64,000 nucleotides of DNA from Eledone cirrhosa (taxonomy: Eukaryota). The notes below the pieces were generated by a model. It saw only the letters and a program-made list of their open reading frames with translations. It was not told where the DNA came from and did no database searches. Positions 39,723 to 53,617 of the stretch are shown piece by piece. Numbering within the stretch: position 1 is the first letter of the stretch; each line of letters opens with the position of its first letter. Made by a program: the position numbers and the translations under genes. The stretch spans positions 350,858,001 through 350,922,000 of the forward strand of contig OZ024743.1 in the NCBI GenBank assembly GCA_964016885.1. Direction: 5' to 3'.

Positions 39723-40899
39723 TAACATTATTTTAGAAATTAATATATAATTTAATTTAAATGTTAGTTAACCTATAAATTTAATTTAATTAAAATTCTA
39801 CTACAGATGAGAATATAAAATATTGTGTAATCATAAATTGTGAAAAACCTTTAAATATTACTAATATATACTTAGTAATTTAATTTATAGATTAATTTTA
39901 ATTTATTTAACCCTTTATTAAAATTCCTTTACAGATAAAATATAACAAAATATCGTGTATTCAATGACAGAGAAATAATTTTTTAGTATTATAGACCTAA
40001 TTAATATACATTTTAGAAATATATTTATAATTTGGTTTTAAATTTAGTCAACCTAAAAATTTAATTTAATTGGCTTAAAATTAGTATCCTAATACAGACG
40101 GATTGCAGAGTGTCATGTAATCATAGAATGGGATGTGTTTTGGATGTATACCTAGTTAATATATTCTTTGCAATTTTTGAAAAAATATGTATATGTATGT
40201 ATGTATATGTATGTGTATGTATGTATATATATATGTGTATATATATATATGTGTATGTATATGTATATGTATATGTATTAATTTTGATTTCTATTTGCAT
40301 ATAATTATATTCTGCTATTGATAAAATACAATATCTGTTTTATTTATTATATACCTAATTAACATATACTATAGAAATTAATATATAATTTTTAATTTAG
40401 TTAACCTATAATTTATATTCTACTACCGATGTAATACTTTATTTGTTTTTTCCCTATTACTAAATTCATTTCCTAATATTGATACCATAACGTTAATAAT
40501 TTTAATTTAGTTATACTATAATTAATACTCTACTACTATTTAACTTCAAAATTCTGCTTCAAATATTATAAACCTAACTAATTTACACCTTAGAAATCAA
40601 TATATTAACTATCTTTAGTTTAGTTAACCTATAATTAATGGTATACTTATTTTGAAATGCATAATTTTGCCTTATTTCTTGCATTTCCTAACACTGAAAC
40701 TATGTAAAAACATATATTGAGATCCAAATACAGATTAATATTCTATGTTTCTTGAAACATATATTTACTATAATCCCCTTCTCCACCCCCCCTTTCCCCC
40801 ATACTATTATCATCTGTATTTGTAAGCGTGTATGTATGAATATATATGTAGGTAGGTGTATATATGTTTGGGTGTTTATATCTGAGTATAAAAATACAT

Positions 40900-40976
40900 A
40901 TATGCGCATGCAAATAAAAATGTATGATTGTGTGTATATATGTATATGTATGTGTATATATATGTATATATGCATG

Positions 40977-41008
<32 letters not shown>

Positions 41009-41846
41009 TATGTATATGTGTATGTGTGTGTGGGCGTGTATGTGTGTGTATATATATATGTGTGTATGTATGTGTGTGTATATATGTGTATGTATATGTA
41101 TGTCTCTCTATATATATGTGTATCTTCGTATCTATGTGGGTATATGTGTGTATGTACATGTATGCACATGTATATGTTTATGTGTATATGTGTGTATGTG
41201 TATATATGTACGTGTGCGCACATATATATGTGAGTGTGTGTGTGTGTGTGTATATATATATATGTGTGTCTATGTATATATATATATTTGTATGTGTATG
41301 TATATATATTATTTATTATTATAATATAACTTATGTGTATATATATATATATGTGAATGTGTGTATGTGTATATATATATATATATATATGTAAATATAT
41401 ATGTGTATGTGTGTTTTTGTGTGTGTGTATATATATGTGTATATATGTGTGTATGTATGTGTTTGTATGTGTGTTTATGGTTGTATGTGTGTGTGGGTAT
41501 ATATATATATGTATGTATATATATATATATGTGTATATGTATCTCTATTTATGTGTGTATATATGTATATGTATATACCTTTTTCTTTGTATGTCTGAGT
41601 TGTGTGAGAGTGTAGTGGTGTTTGTATGTATATACGCATATATGGATGCGTATGTATTTGTATATATGCGTATATGTAAGTGCGTATGTGTGTGTGAATA
41701 TATATCTATGTCTATGTATGAGTATGTATATGTGTGTATGTATGTGTGTGTGTATGTATGTATGTGTGTATGTGTGTATATATATATGTGTGTATATGTA
41801 TGTATGTATGTGTATGTATGTATATGTGTATGTATATGTGTATATA

Positions 41847-41884
<38 letters not shown>

Positions 41885-42069
41885 TATTATATATGTGTGT
41901 GTGTGTATGTGTGTGTATATATATCTTTATATATGTGTATGTGTATGTATGTGTAGGTGTGTGTGTGTGTGTGACTATATATGTATGGGTGTATGTGTGT
42001 ATGTATGTATGTGTATGTGTGTGTACATGTATGTATATGTATATATATGTATATGTATATATATGTGTG

Positions 42070-42104
<35 letters not shown>

Positions 42105-42569
42105 GTATATGTATCTCTATTTGTATGTGTATATGTGTATATGTATATACCTTTTTCTTTGTATGTCTGAGTTGTGTGAGAGTGTAGTGGTGTTTGTATG
42201 TATATACGGATATATGGATGCGTAAGTATTTGTATATATGCGTATATGTAAGTGCGTATGTGTGTGAGAATATATATCTATGTCTATGTATGAGTATGTA
42301 TGTGTGTGTATGTATGTGTGTATGTGTGTATGTATGTATGTCTGTATGTATATGTGTGTATATATATGTATGTATGTGTATGTCTGTATGTATATAAGTA
42401 TGTATGTGTATGTATATGTGCGTGTATGTGTATATATGTGTGTGTATATATGTGTGTGTGTATATATGTGTATATATGTGTGTATATATATATATATGTA
42501 TGTGTGTATATGTGTGTATGTATATATGTATATGTTTATATATGTGTGTGTGTGTGTGTTGTATGTGTA

Positions 42570-42625
<56 letters not shown>
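40900..42625. repeat. Complex (TA/TG/TATG) low-complexity block with an internal ~575-bp-spaced duplication (41520-41760 vs 42095-42330)
   Basis: Repeated unique core TATACCTTTTTCTTTGTATGTCTGAGTTGTGTGAGAGTGTAGTGGTG. Confidence 0.85.
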
Positions 42626-42627
<2 letters not shown>

Positions 42628-43237
42628 CTTGATATATTTCTTTTTTCTTTTTTCTTTTTCTTTTCTTTTCTTTTTATTTCTAAGTTTATAGATACATCTA
42701 TAAATAAGCAGTCTGCCGAAACCGTTGAATACTGACCTCTCCCCCCCTCCCACCTAATTTCTGTATCTTGATCTAAATGTGTGTGGCAGTGTTTTATGTG
42801 AGTGCATTAATATCCATGTGCTTATGATAATACTATATTCACATATATATGTGTGTGGGGGTGTGTGTGTGTATGTATGTTCGTAATTATGTGTATGTTT
42901 ATGCATATACGCGCGTGTGTGTGTGAGTGTACGGATATGTGTGAGTATGTGAATATGTGTATACACTTATTTCATATTTATGTGTCTATACGCATTTTAT
43001 CTGTGGATTATAAACTTACAGAGACATTAGCCTTGAATTTTTGTATTTGCATACATCTTTTTGGCATGCGTATGCATGTTGAGCATATATCTTTGTATAA
43101 ATATGTGTACGAAGTTAATTACATGTATATACACACACCAAACTGCATAAAATTTTTTGTATTTTCATTGGTCAATTTGAACTCCGTTCCCAAACGGACC
43201 TGAAATTTTGAATTGTTGTTATTATCAATAAATATAT

Positions 43238-43392
43238 TTCATTATTTCTGAAGACGGCATATATGTGTGTTTGGTATGTATATTTAATCTTGATAGTTTG
43301 TATAATTTTGTATAATTTTGTACATAGATCTGTTGAATATGCATGCCAATTCTAACACATATATATCCTAGAAACGATCGTTAAATAATGAA
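43238..43392 (+). ncRNA. Type I hammerhead ribozyme with a 116-nt stem II, in Penelope B pLTR
   Basis: UUCAUUAUUU-CUGAAGA-[116 nt imperfect hairpin]-GAAA-CGAUCG-UU-AAAUAAUGAA. Perfect 10-bp stem I and palindromic stem III. Confidence 0.8.
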
Positions 43393-43610
43393 CTTTTTTT
43401 GTTTAATATAAGGAACTGTTTCATTGTTTTATTCATTATTTGTTTAATATTTTATCTTGACTCTGTATTCCGTTTATCTCTCACCGAAAGTGATTTTTCA
43501 TTGCATCTCTTCTTTCCATGATATCCGGAATACATTGAGTTCTTCATACGGATTGGACACTACCGTAAACTCTTGGTAGATTTATCTACATATATATATA
43601 TATATATATA

Positions 43611-44973
43611 TTTATTAAAATAACAGATTAAAGTTTAAGCAAAGAATCGCTGCTTTAACCCTTAACGGGATCTTCTGAAACTAACAAAGTCAATCTGTAA
43701 ACGCAGAAGTGGATATTTCAATAAACGTTGCAACCAGAGGAAGACAGGAAGACGATACTTTGTTTCGTGGAAACGTTCTCTGGCAAAGAACGGGAAAAAA
43801 CGAATATAATACGTCATTAATAGGAGCGGTGAAAAACAATACGCGCAAAGACAGAACCACGTTTATAGTATAATAGAGGTCGTAGACTAATGTTCTCTTA
43901 GGTGGTGCATAGAGACGTTCTCTGGCGATGAACGACAAAAACGAAGATAATACGTCATATGTGGAGCGTGGAGAACAATAGCACGCAAAGACAAAACCAC
44001 GTAAATGGTATAGCAGAAGTCGTAGACTAAATTCTAACTAGGAGACCGAATGAATCTCCGCTACGGAGTTAAGAACAAAGTAAATAAATACAATACAGAA
44101 GTAATAGAAATAAATAAATACATACACGCAAACAGAAACGTACATACACAAGCATACGCAAAAACTTACCATAGGTAAACAAAACCACGCACATATAAAT
44201 ATGTGTGTGTGTGTAAGCGTGTATACAAATAAATAAATAATTATATAAACGTATATAAATAAATAAATACGTATATAACAAGCGCACACACATACCTACA
44301 TTTAAATACACGAATGTTCGGAGACGTAAGTCAACCAAAACATGAAGTACACATATACACACGCCCTACATACGTACGAACCTGCATACTCACACAGACG
44401 CAAAACTCCCGTATACACATAGTCGAACCATATGTACCAGGATATATAAAAAAATTATACGCCATAACAATCAAATATACGTACGAGAAGGTATACGTAC
44501 CTTCACAAAACATACGGATAATATATACTTACCTATGCAAATAAGTAAAGGTATAAACAAAACATATACTTAGCTCCCACATCGAGACGTAAAATATCCA
44601 CGTATAGATCGTACCATCCGTTAGGGAATTTTACTATATTGATGTGTAGGGGGAAAATGCTTCGTAATAAGCGAAAGAAAGATCTTAGCTAATGGTGTGG
44701 CCACCTCCATATTATATGGTGGGTTATACCAACAAATGCGACGGGATCTATTTCTTCTACGTCTATTTTCGTACTCTGTATATGCTACCTTATCGACAAA
44801 TCCACTTCGAGCAAGAGCTTCATTGTAATAAAGGGTGAAAGCAGCGATTCTTTGCTTAAACTTTAATCTGTTATTTTAATAAATATTTGCTCTACGGTTC
44901 TTATATATTTGATATATATTTATCCTTATCGAGCCCTCTTTGGATTTTAGTCTTCAAATGTATTATTATTACT
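43611..44973 (+). mobile_element. Internally deleted Penelope A family member (inverted pLTR/3' region with extra sequence, small inverted ORF remnant, direct pLTR end)
   Basis: 43611-43780 matches 23277-23440. 44533-44626 matches 23443-23536. 44695-44830 is the reverse complement of ~25290-25420. 44832-44973 matches 26258-26400. Confidence 0.85.
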
Positions 44974-44997
44974 ATATATATATATATATATATATAT

Positions 44998-45190
44998 AGG
45001 AACGAGTAGGACCCCGACGGCTGAGCTCAAGCCGTTTCGACGGCTAATTCTGGGCTAGAATTAGCCATCGAAACGGCTTGAGCTCAGCCGTCGGGGTCCT
45101 ACTCGTTCCTATTACCCACTCTACTACCCTAAGTATTGAGTACTTTGGTGCGTTATGGTCCACCTGGTTCCTTACCACATTTCCTTCGTT
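44998..45190 (+). mobile_element. Miniature Penelope C derivative: ~55-bp-arm near-perfect hairpin plus pLTR terminus, containing the 3' half of an HHR
   Basis: 44998-45052 is inverted relative to 45058-45111. GAAA-CGGCU-ugagcuc-AGCCG-UC-GGGGU at 45073-45100. Terminus shared with 60757-60860. Confidence 0.75.
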
Positions 45191-45211
45191 ATATATATAT
45201 ATATATATATA

Positions 45212-45327
45212 TATTAAAATAACAGATTAAATAAATATTTGCTCTAAGGTTCTTATATATTTGATATATACTTATCCTTATCGAGCCCTCTTTGGATTTT
45301 AGTCTTCACATTTATCATTATTACTAT
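45212..45327 (+). mobile_element. Miniature Penelope A pLTR end fragment in (TA)n
   Basis: Short inverted start TTAAAATAACAGATTAAA followed by the pLTR 3' end (...TTTGGATTTTAGTCTTC...ATTATTACTA). Confidence 0.75.
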
Positions 45328-45396
45328 ATATATATATATATGTATATATACGAGAAATAAAACGAAGTATGTTTGGATGTATATTGTATATATATG

Positions 45397-45484
<88 letters not shown>

Positions 45485-46832
45485 GGTGGGTCATAATTAG
45501 CTTACTGATCCTAAAGAATCATACATAATAATAGTGTGTTTGCAATTGTGGAACATTTCGTACGTTCCATATAACTATATAAATATACTTTATGAATTGC
45601 CTATGTATTAATTTTGGAATAAAATTTAATATCACGATGGGTTAATTGTTATTTACACTTCTTAACAGTAATCTAGTAAACTAATTATGGCCACCATTTT
45701 TTGTGTATATATACATGTACGCGCGCACACACGCATCTGTGTGTGAATACAATTACACATGAAATTCTGCCAACTTTATCATACCTACCGCCCCAGTAAA
45801 GAAAAAAACAACACTATAATAGCACGTTACTTTGTTAATATCAGCCGCCTCTCGTCACTTTCATCAAAGACTGCCGCAATAAATGAAGTCTTGAATAACC
45901 TTCCATTCATACAAATCAATAGATTGTATAGAATATTAAAAGAGAACATATCGATAATTCCCCCACTCTCCTTTGTTACCCCCTAATCAATAATAGTTTT
46001 GCTCTTGCTTCCTATGATTATCTTTTCCAGGTTAAAAGCACATCATCCCGTGACTGACTATATCTGTGAGAGAACGAGTGACGGTTTTTGTGCTGTTAGT
46101 TTTTACTTGCTGAAAGTATCTGTAGCAAGTTTGAAGTGTAGGCTTCTCTTTTTTTTAACACCTCAACCTAAAAGGGTAAACACATTAACCCAGCAAACTA
46201 AACAAAATAACTAATCTGTATAAAGTTAATAACCACTTCAATTAAAAACAAAGCAAATCAATCGATTAAGAATAAAATACATGAAATTAATCATTTTTGA
46301 TTAGTCATAACTACTAACCACAGTTAAAGTGGGGAGAGGGAGAACAACATGCAAGTCAGAATAATGAACCTCTCGAATTAAATTCATAAACCATACAACT
46401 TTTAACATGTTCATTTTATCACCGGGAAGGACACCGGTAAGTTGATCTACATGTTTGCAACACAAGTCCATGGGGTCTTTAACTTCTAAGGGTACTAGAA
46501 GTCAGATATATTTTTTATGTGGGCTGACAGTAATTGATTAAGGAACTGCAGAAACCCCAAAAAGCTAGAATTTAACATCCTTCTAGCGGGTCCGGGTGAG
46601 TTTTTACATTCATTTAATTTATTAATTTATTAATTTATTATTTGAGTGACCCGAATTTTCCTGGTCGTTTTTTTCGGTTGTGCGAATGATTCTAGGCATC
46701 GTCTCTATGTGTTGCTATTTTAACGATAGTTATAGCTCTGGTTCATCCAAACTATTGAGCCCTCTGCCACACATGTCGAAGATTGTTTATCGTTATTTCG
46801 TGGGCCGAGATTCTGATTCTCGATTATTTACT

Positions 46833-46894
<62 letters not shown>

Positions 46895-46899
<5 letters not shown>

Positions 46900-47090
46900 A
46901 TAATAATAAATTTGAAGACTAAAATCCAAAGAGGGCTCGATAAGGATAAATATATATCAAATATATAAGAACCGTAAACGTTTTTCGAAATATTTACTTC
47001 TGCGTTCACAGATTGATTCTTTTAGTTTCAGAAGATCCCGTTAAGGGTGAAAGCAGCGATTCTTTGTTTAAACTTTAATCTAGTATTTTA

Positions 47091-47097
<7 letters not shown>
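46895..47097 (-). mobile_element. Miniature Penelope A derivative (pLTR end on -, HHR segment on +)
   Basis: 46895-46975 is the reverse complement of the pLTR end. 46976-47097 matches 26190-26311. Confidence 0.8.
47024..47074 (+). ncRNA. Hammerhead-like motif (CAGAAGA core) in a mini Penelope A derivative
   Basis: AGUUU-CAGAAGA-UCCCGUUAAGGGU-GAAA-GCAG...UUGU-UU-AAACU. Confidence 0.65.
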
Positions 47098-47171
<74 letters not shown>

Positions 47172-49284
47172 TAAAGAGAGAGAGAGAGAGAGAGATGGGG
47201 GGGGATAGAGAGAACCAATGTGTATTGTGTATCACGCGCTTGGTCAGTCACTTTTGTCCTCTCTTGTCTATTCAGAAATGTACTGACTCAAGAGCCATTA
47301 CTGCAGAAAGTAGGGGCATTGAAGTGTATTCCAGACGACATCACTCAGTCTCAACACAGAAATGGACTGAGAGAAAGCCATCCCTGATAGCTCGGTCAGA
47401 GGTGGTTAAAACGTATATTTCTGTCATCATCTATACAAGCCTGGTTGTCGCATATTGTCTCAGTTTACGACTCACCTGACTGAAGCGTCTTCTTTTTCGT
47501 GTTTTGCTCGACACCTTGATAGGAATGCATTCCTCACAACACACACTATATTCAATCATATCTCATACTATAAGAAGCTCGAACAGCTCATATTGAACTT
47601 AATTACCTTTCCAAACCGTAACAAGCTTACAGAACACAATCTACAAAACACATACTCTATATAATCAACTACCTATACTATATTATACCCTCACTGGTCA
47701 TATGTCCTAATGCCATGAAAACAATTATGTCCTAACATCCTAAAAATGTTTGCAACAAACGGGAGTAAAAAAATTAATTAACATAATGAACAACAAAATA
47801 GATTTAATTTCATTCTCTCTATTCTCTGAGTTGAAGACCTGTCAAAATCGATATTTTTTATTATTACACAGCAAGTACTATGTATGAAAGGGGATATATT
47901 CCATTGACTGTAGATGATATCTACTCAAACGTGCACTCTACTTAGTCACTCTAAATCATTGTGTAGATTTTACGAATCCATGGTTTCAAATCCTGGTCCA
48001 AGGCAATTAATTTCCTTGATTTGATTTGTAATGTTTTTGAAATAAAAATGAATACTTTACATTTTATTTCACCTGTACCCCTCTTCTATAGGTTTATGGT
48101 ATTGTTTCGCATATGATATGAACAATAAGAGATGATTGGGTTATCATTTTTAATTGTCAACTAGCTTCACTTTGCTTTGGTAATATAACCAACATCACTT
48201 AGCAAATCATGAACGTCACAGCTATAAAAAAAAAACAGTTTTTATGCCTTACCATTAAAAGTTTACTTATCTTTAGACATTTCATTAACATGCTAGTTAT
48301 ATATCTTCTGTATATTGTGAATCTAATTATAAATTTACTTCTGTATTTCTAATTAGATAGTGCAATGACTTGATTTCTAATTAAGATTTATTATAAAATC
48401 TTAGTCACGAATTCAGCTTTTATATATTATTAGAAGCTTCTAGTCCAATTTCATATTGTCTTAATTCGTTAAATGAAATTAAAATCAAGATAATATTTAC
48501 AACAATATCGGAGTACCTCGACGTTGTGGATGAAATTTGAAATTCTAAAAAAAATGTATGGATCATTATTTCTTAGCAAAGTACAATTTAAAATCATGTT
48601 TATTCGAATAAGAAAACAATTGCAAACATATGGCGCCTATCTACGTTATGCAGTCGATATTGATTATTGTTTTAAACTTCAAGATCTCTGTCTTTTAAAT
48701 AACTAGTGTTAATCAATAGTAATTGATCAGGGTATGTTACTAGTATGTATTTCATTGAATACGCAGTAATGAATAAAAGCAATAATGTTGACAGAATTTG
48801 AACTATTGATATAAACCTGAATGTCTAGCTGAGGTAAATGCAGGTAATATTCAGCTTGAATATCTGTAGTTTAAATTCTGAAAGTAAAACAGAATTCATG
48901 GAGTTTTCTGAATACATGATATTCTAACACAGGGAATTTAGCTAAACGTTTATTAGTCTGAGGTACTGAAAAGACTCTCTCTGAGGCCAAGTGTCGTACC
49001 ATCTGAGTCAACTTTATTGTTCTCTTTTATTAAATTCTGAACTGATCCACTAGTCCTTAAACAAAATATGAAACATTTATTTCGCATTTCTAAATTAACT
49101 CTAATCTCTTTCCAAATATATCTCCCGAAATTTTAAACTCCATTTTATTTCTTAATTTCCTCTTTTATTCTCACAGTTTTCCTTCCCTAGAGATGATGCC
49201 GAAGAAATTCAGAAGGACCCAACCGTATGCAAATGCAATCAGTAAATCATTAAAAATATTTTTCACGACACCTAATGATTGTTT

Positions 49285-49440
49285 CTTCTTTTGACACAAG
49301 GCGAACAATTATCCAAGTGCATTACTGGTACTTTATTTTATCGACCCCGTAAGGATGAAAGGCAAAGTTTACCTCGGTAGGATTTGAATTCAGACTGTAA
49401 AGGGGCGTAACGGTCTGAGTTCAAATCCCGCTGAGGTAAA
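49285..49440 (-). mobile_element. tRNA-derived SINE, truncated with a short inversion
   Basis: Same family. Confidence 0.75.
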
Positions 49441-51216
49441 CACTACACCTAATAATGTAAATGAGTCAATTCACAGTAAAAGAAAAGGAACACCACTTTG
49501 TTATCTGACATAGCGTTTATTTCCTTTACAGCCATATTCTAGAGTTGATCTATTTATCAAGTCGGCGTGGTGACTAGAATCAACTTTTAATATGTATGCA
49601 TATACTTTTTTTTTTTTCAAACTACGTGTGCTCTAATTCTTTATTAATGTCTAATCTCATCATTAAATAATTGATTTTCAACAAAACTTCAATTTCCTCA
49701 AATTTATAAATCCTTGAGTTCATGGAAAATTTGTCTCAGTTTAAGCTCTTGTCCCAGTTGCAACCATATTAAAAAACATAACTAAAACTAAATAAAAATA
49801 AAAAAATAAGATAAAACTAAACAAATCTAATGTTTTTACACCAGTAAGAAGACGGCCAACTAGAAAGAATTACAATCTTGTGATTTGTATTATCTTCATT
49901 GCTAAAAATAGAATGCGACATAGACTAAATATGATTCTATAAACTGCAGCAATCTGTTTTTTTAAGTTTATTTTATTGACTCGAATGGACCAATTGAATT
50001 AAAGCCTGCAATGCTTTCTTCTAAACAAAAATAAACTCGGGAAATGGAATAAATTCTAATATTAATATCGGGATTGAAAACACTGAAGAGACTTAGACTG
50101 CCACAAAATATTGTCGATATATAAATTTAAACTCAGAAATTTATTGCTGGGAAATGGAAATATATCTTGGATTTGAAATACAACAAAGATTCCATTATAA
50201 AAATATTGTCCAACGATTCCAAACGTTTTCGGTAAATAATCTTTCAAAATACATTTTGCGAAAGAAAACCTGCATTTTACTGTTAAAAGCTTCTATCTTA
50301 AAATTTTCTTTGGCTTTCCTTAGTACGGGAAAATACGAAACGGTTTCTTCTGTTGTTGTTGCTGTCATTATTTAAAATCTTTTTTCACTACATAACTTTA
50401 CTGATTGAAAACGCTATGACTTTTTAAGGAAATAAAAATGCAAATAGCGCTAGGTATAAAGTCGAAACTCTATTTCCATTAATACTAAAGTAATATGGTT
50501 TACGTGACAACTAAAACCTAAAAATACAATATAGAATAACCAATGTTCAAAGAAAAAAAGTAACTGATTATCGCAGGCTTTATCTAATGAAACATTTGAT
50601 GATATCAATACTTGAATATTCATTTGAATGATTAGATATTGATTGGGAACAATTAATCTGATAAATATAGTGTCAATTCTTTAGTATTCTTTTGATAAAT
50701 GCGGTATCAAGAACTGAATAGTGTTTGGGATATTACAAAATAAATGAAAATGATCGTATTGATTTCAAGATGTATCAAATAATGTAATGTGAAGAAGTCT
50801 TAGATATCAGTATGGGCCGAAACCACCCAATATAAATAACTATTAAAACACAAGGTAAATACCGGTCGGAACGAAACAAACTGCAGTTGATGATGTTATT
50901 GTTATTTTGTTTAGACCGAGGCTGGTTCTGATTGAGCAGATAGATATATGATCAAAGCGTTCAACTATTAATCAGGCCACTTTTGTTTAAACTATAACTG
51001 TTTCTGCTTTTGGCACAAGATCAGCAATTACTCCAGTGCATTACTGGTGCTTTATTTTATCGAGAACTCTTGGTTCTGCCCTTGTACCTCATTTTCGGTC
51101 TGTGTTGAGGCCTTTTTCCAAGATGGAGCTTACATAATACACACATACATACATACATACATACATACATGATGATGGCTGTCCTCGTTATCGAGTATAG
51201 CCATTAACAATTAATT

Positions 51217-51390
51217 GTTTCTACTTTAGGCACAAGGCCAGCAATTACCCAGTGCATTACTGGTACTTTATTTTATCGACTCCGTAAGGATGAAAGGCAA
51301 AGTCAACCTCGGCGGGATTTAAACTCAGGTCGTAAAGGGACGTAACTATGCTGGAAAGCATGGCGCCCGACCCTCTACCGATACTGCCAA
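51217..51390 (-). mobile_element. tRNA-derived SINE
   Basis: Same family. Near-identical to 13649-13837. Confidence 0.82.
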
Positions 51391-51546
51391 TGCTATCGTG
51401 CAATGCCTGTGCGTGAAGATTATTTTTAAAGTGAGGAAAGACTATGCACTGAGCCAATCTCACTCTCTGAGCGACAGTAGCTATAATCCGAAAAGAAGAA
51501 AAGATCTACATACATACATACATACATACATACATACATACATACA

Positions 51547-51578
<32 letters not shown>

Positions 51579-51599
51579 CATGTATGTATGTATGTTATG

Positions 51600-53220
51600 G
51601 TAATGGTAATCCTGTCCTGTAAGACTAGGCAGATGCAATTTTGCTTTCGATTTACAATGACAAGGGCTCCAAATCGGAATACGATGATTATCGTGATACA
51701 AGTGTGCTCAAATTGGTAGGAAATGTTTTATCCAAGGTTCTGCTGAATTATCTAATAAAATGGATCTGCCCTGGTGCCAACTCTGAGACCCAGTGTGGAT
51801 TCAGTGCTGGGTGAGGTAGGTACTATGGACATGATTTTTTCAGCCCGCAAGCTTATGGAGAAGTGCGTTCAGCAGCGAGTGGCACGTTACCAAATAAATG
51901 GATATTACTAAAGCCTTCGATACTGTTAATCTTAGTGCATTATGGGTCATATTGGGGAAACTTGGATGGCTTCCTGAATTTGTTGGAATATTAAAAAACT
52001 TCATCAACATCTGAAGGCAATTTCATTTGAAAACGGTGTCAAGCAGAGTGACATACCAGTGCACACTCTGTTTTCCATCTACTTCGTCGTGCTGCTGACA
52101 TGTACCTTCCAGAACTTAGAAATCAGCGTATACTTACGATTTAGCACCTTGTCAAAGACTTTAATTTGAGACGTTTTAATACCAAGTCAAAAACATTTGA
52201 TACTTTGTCAGGGAGTTCTTTTATGCTGATGATACAGATTTTGTGTTTCACACAGTAGAAGGCATGCAGTTGATATTGGATACCTTCTCCAATGCATGCA
52301 TTGCATTTGGAATAAATATTAGTATAAAAAAGACAAAGTCATGTACCAATTTGGGAAGTGTATAAGGAGCCAGGTATTCTCATGGGAGAAAAAATACTAG
52401 AAGTGGTGACAGCTTTGTGTCTCTCCGAAGTACAATTTGTAGAGATGGTACTCTCGATGCTGAAATAAATCAGAAGATTGCGAAACCAAGTTTTGCCTTG
52501 GGAAGTTTGAGAAGCGAATTTAGGGTATCACGTGTTATCACGGGAGACCCAAAATTCTCAGTATATGAGGTTTATGATTTTACAGCTCTGATAATCGGGT
52601 GCGAACGTAGATATATTATAGGCATCTTATCAAGCAGTTGGTGGTGTTTCTTCAGCATAGTATCCAATGTATCCTGAACATCAAATGATCTTCGTACACA
52701 CCTGGTGCTGCGGTATTTAAGAAAGAGGGCAGCATCAGTATTAAGAAGTGGTTAATTATGAACCAAACGCTTTGGGTCACGATGGTAGATGGAAGGTTCC
52801 TTAAACAGATATATTATAGAAAGCCTACCAGAGGGCAAATGCCACAGCATAAACCAAAGAAGCAGTTTAAGGATGTCATAAAAGACAATCTTAGAGCTCT
52901 GAAGATTTATATGGAGTACTGGGAGGCATTGGTTGAAGGCTGAACATCATGGATAAAGACCATCAAGTATGAGCGTAATGTCTTTAAGAAAAAGCGAGTA
53001 GAGCATGCTGCTTCGAAACGTTCACTCCGTAAGCGGGACTCAAGTGCAGTGCTTGCAAAAATATTGCAGGAACTGAGGTGCAATGTATTTGGCCGATTTC
53101 ACCTATCAAGAGCTGGATTTGTCAACCAACTAAAGCCACACAAGCCAGGAAGAAATCGAGCTAGGCGTGTGAGATGCTTCTACAGCCACGCCCTACGCGG
53201 TATATTTGCAGTGAGTATGG
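51600..53220 (+). mobile_element. Decayed RTE/BovB-like LINE (RT to C-terminus)
   Basis: ETQCGFSAG, DMIFSARKLMEKC, KAFDTVN, GVKQ, YADD (52222-52233), R.LKQIYY...RGQ.P..KPKKQFKD. Confidence 0.82.
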
Positions 53221-53262
53221 TTTCTCTTCTGTTATATTTCTTTATCTATGTCTAACTGTCTG

Positions 53263-53357
<95 letters not shown>

Positions 53358-53535
53358 CTCTCTCTCTCTCCCACTCTCTCTCTCTATCCCTTTCTCTCTC
53401 TCTAGGGCACGCGAAGAAATCAACTGAAGTCAAACTTGGAAGATGGGTAGTACCAGGTTTAAAATACCCAAGCAGTGTATGACGGTGACCTTACAACAAC
53501 TTCATCAGGGGTTATCGAATAAGTGATATTTATAT

Positions 53536-53617
<82 letters not shown>

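Larger units (their letters stand above)
37868..43590 (+). mobile_element. Penelope-like retroelement B, 5'-truncated, with a 670-bp inverted 5' copy (37868-38539 vs 42784-43455) and a long microsatellite-rich 3' region
   Basis: Near-perfect inverted repeat (identical ORF translations at 38120-38470 - and 42853-43203 +). GIY-YIG ORF. (TA)n flanks. Confidence 0.88.

Noticed and set aside
37868-43455. Large inverted repeats as assembly fold-back artefacts or DNA-transposon TIRs
   Set aside because: The arms are subterminal, show substitutions or indels between copies and follow the known Penelope inverted-pLTR layout in several independent families.
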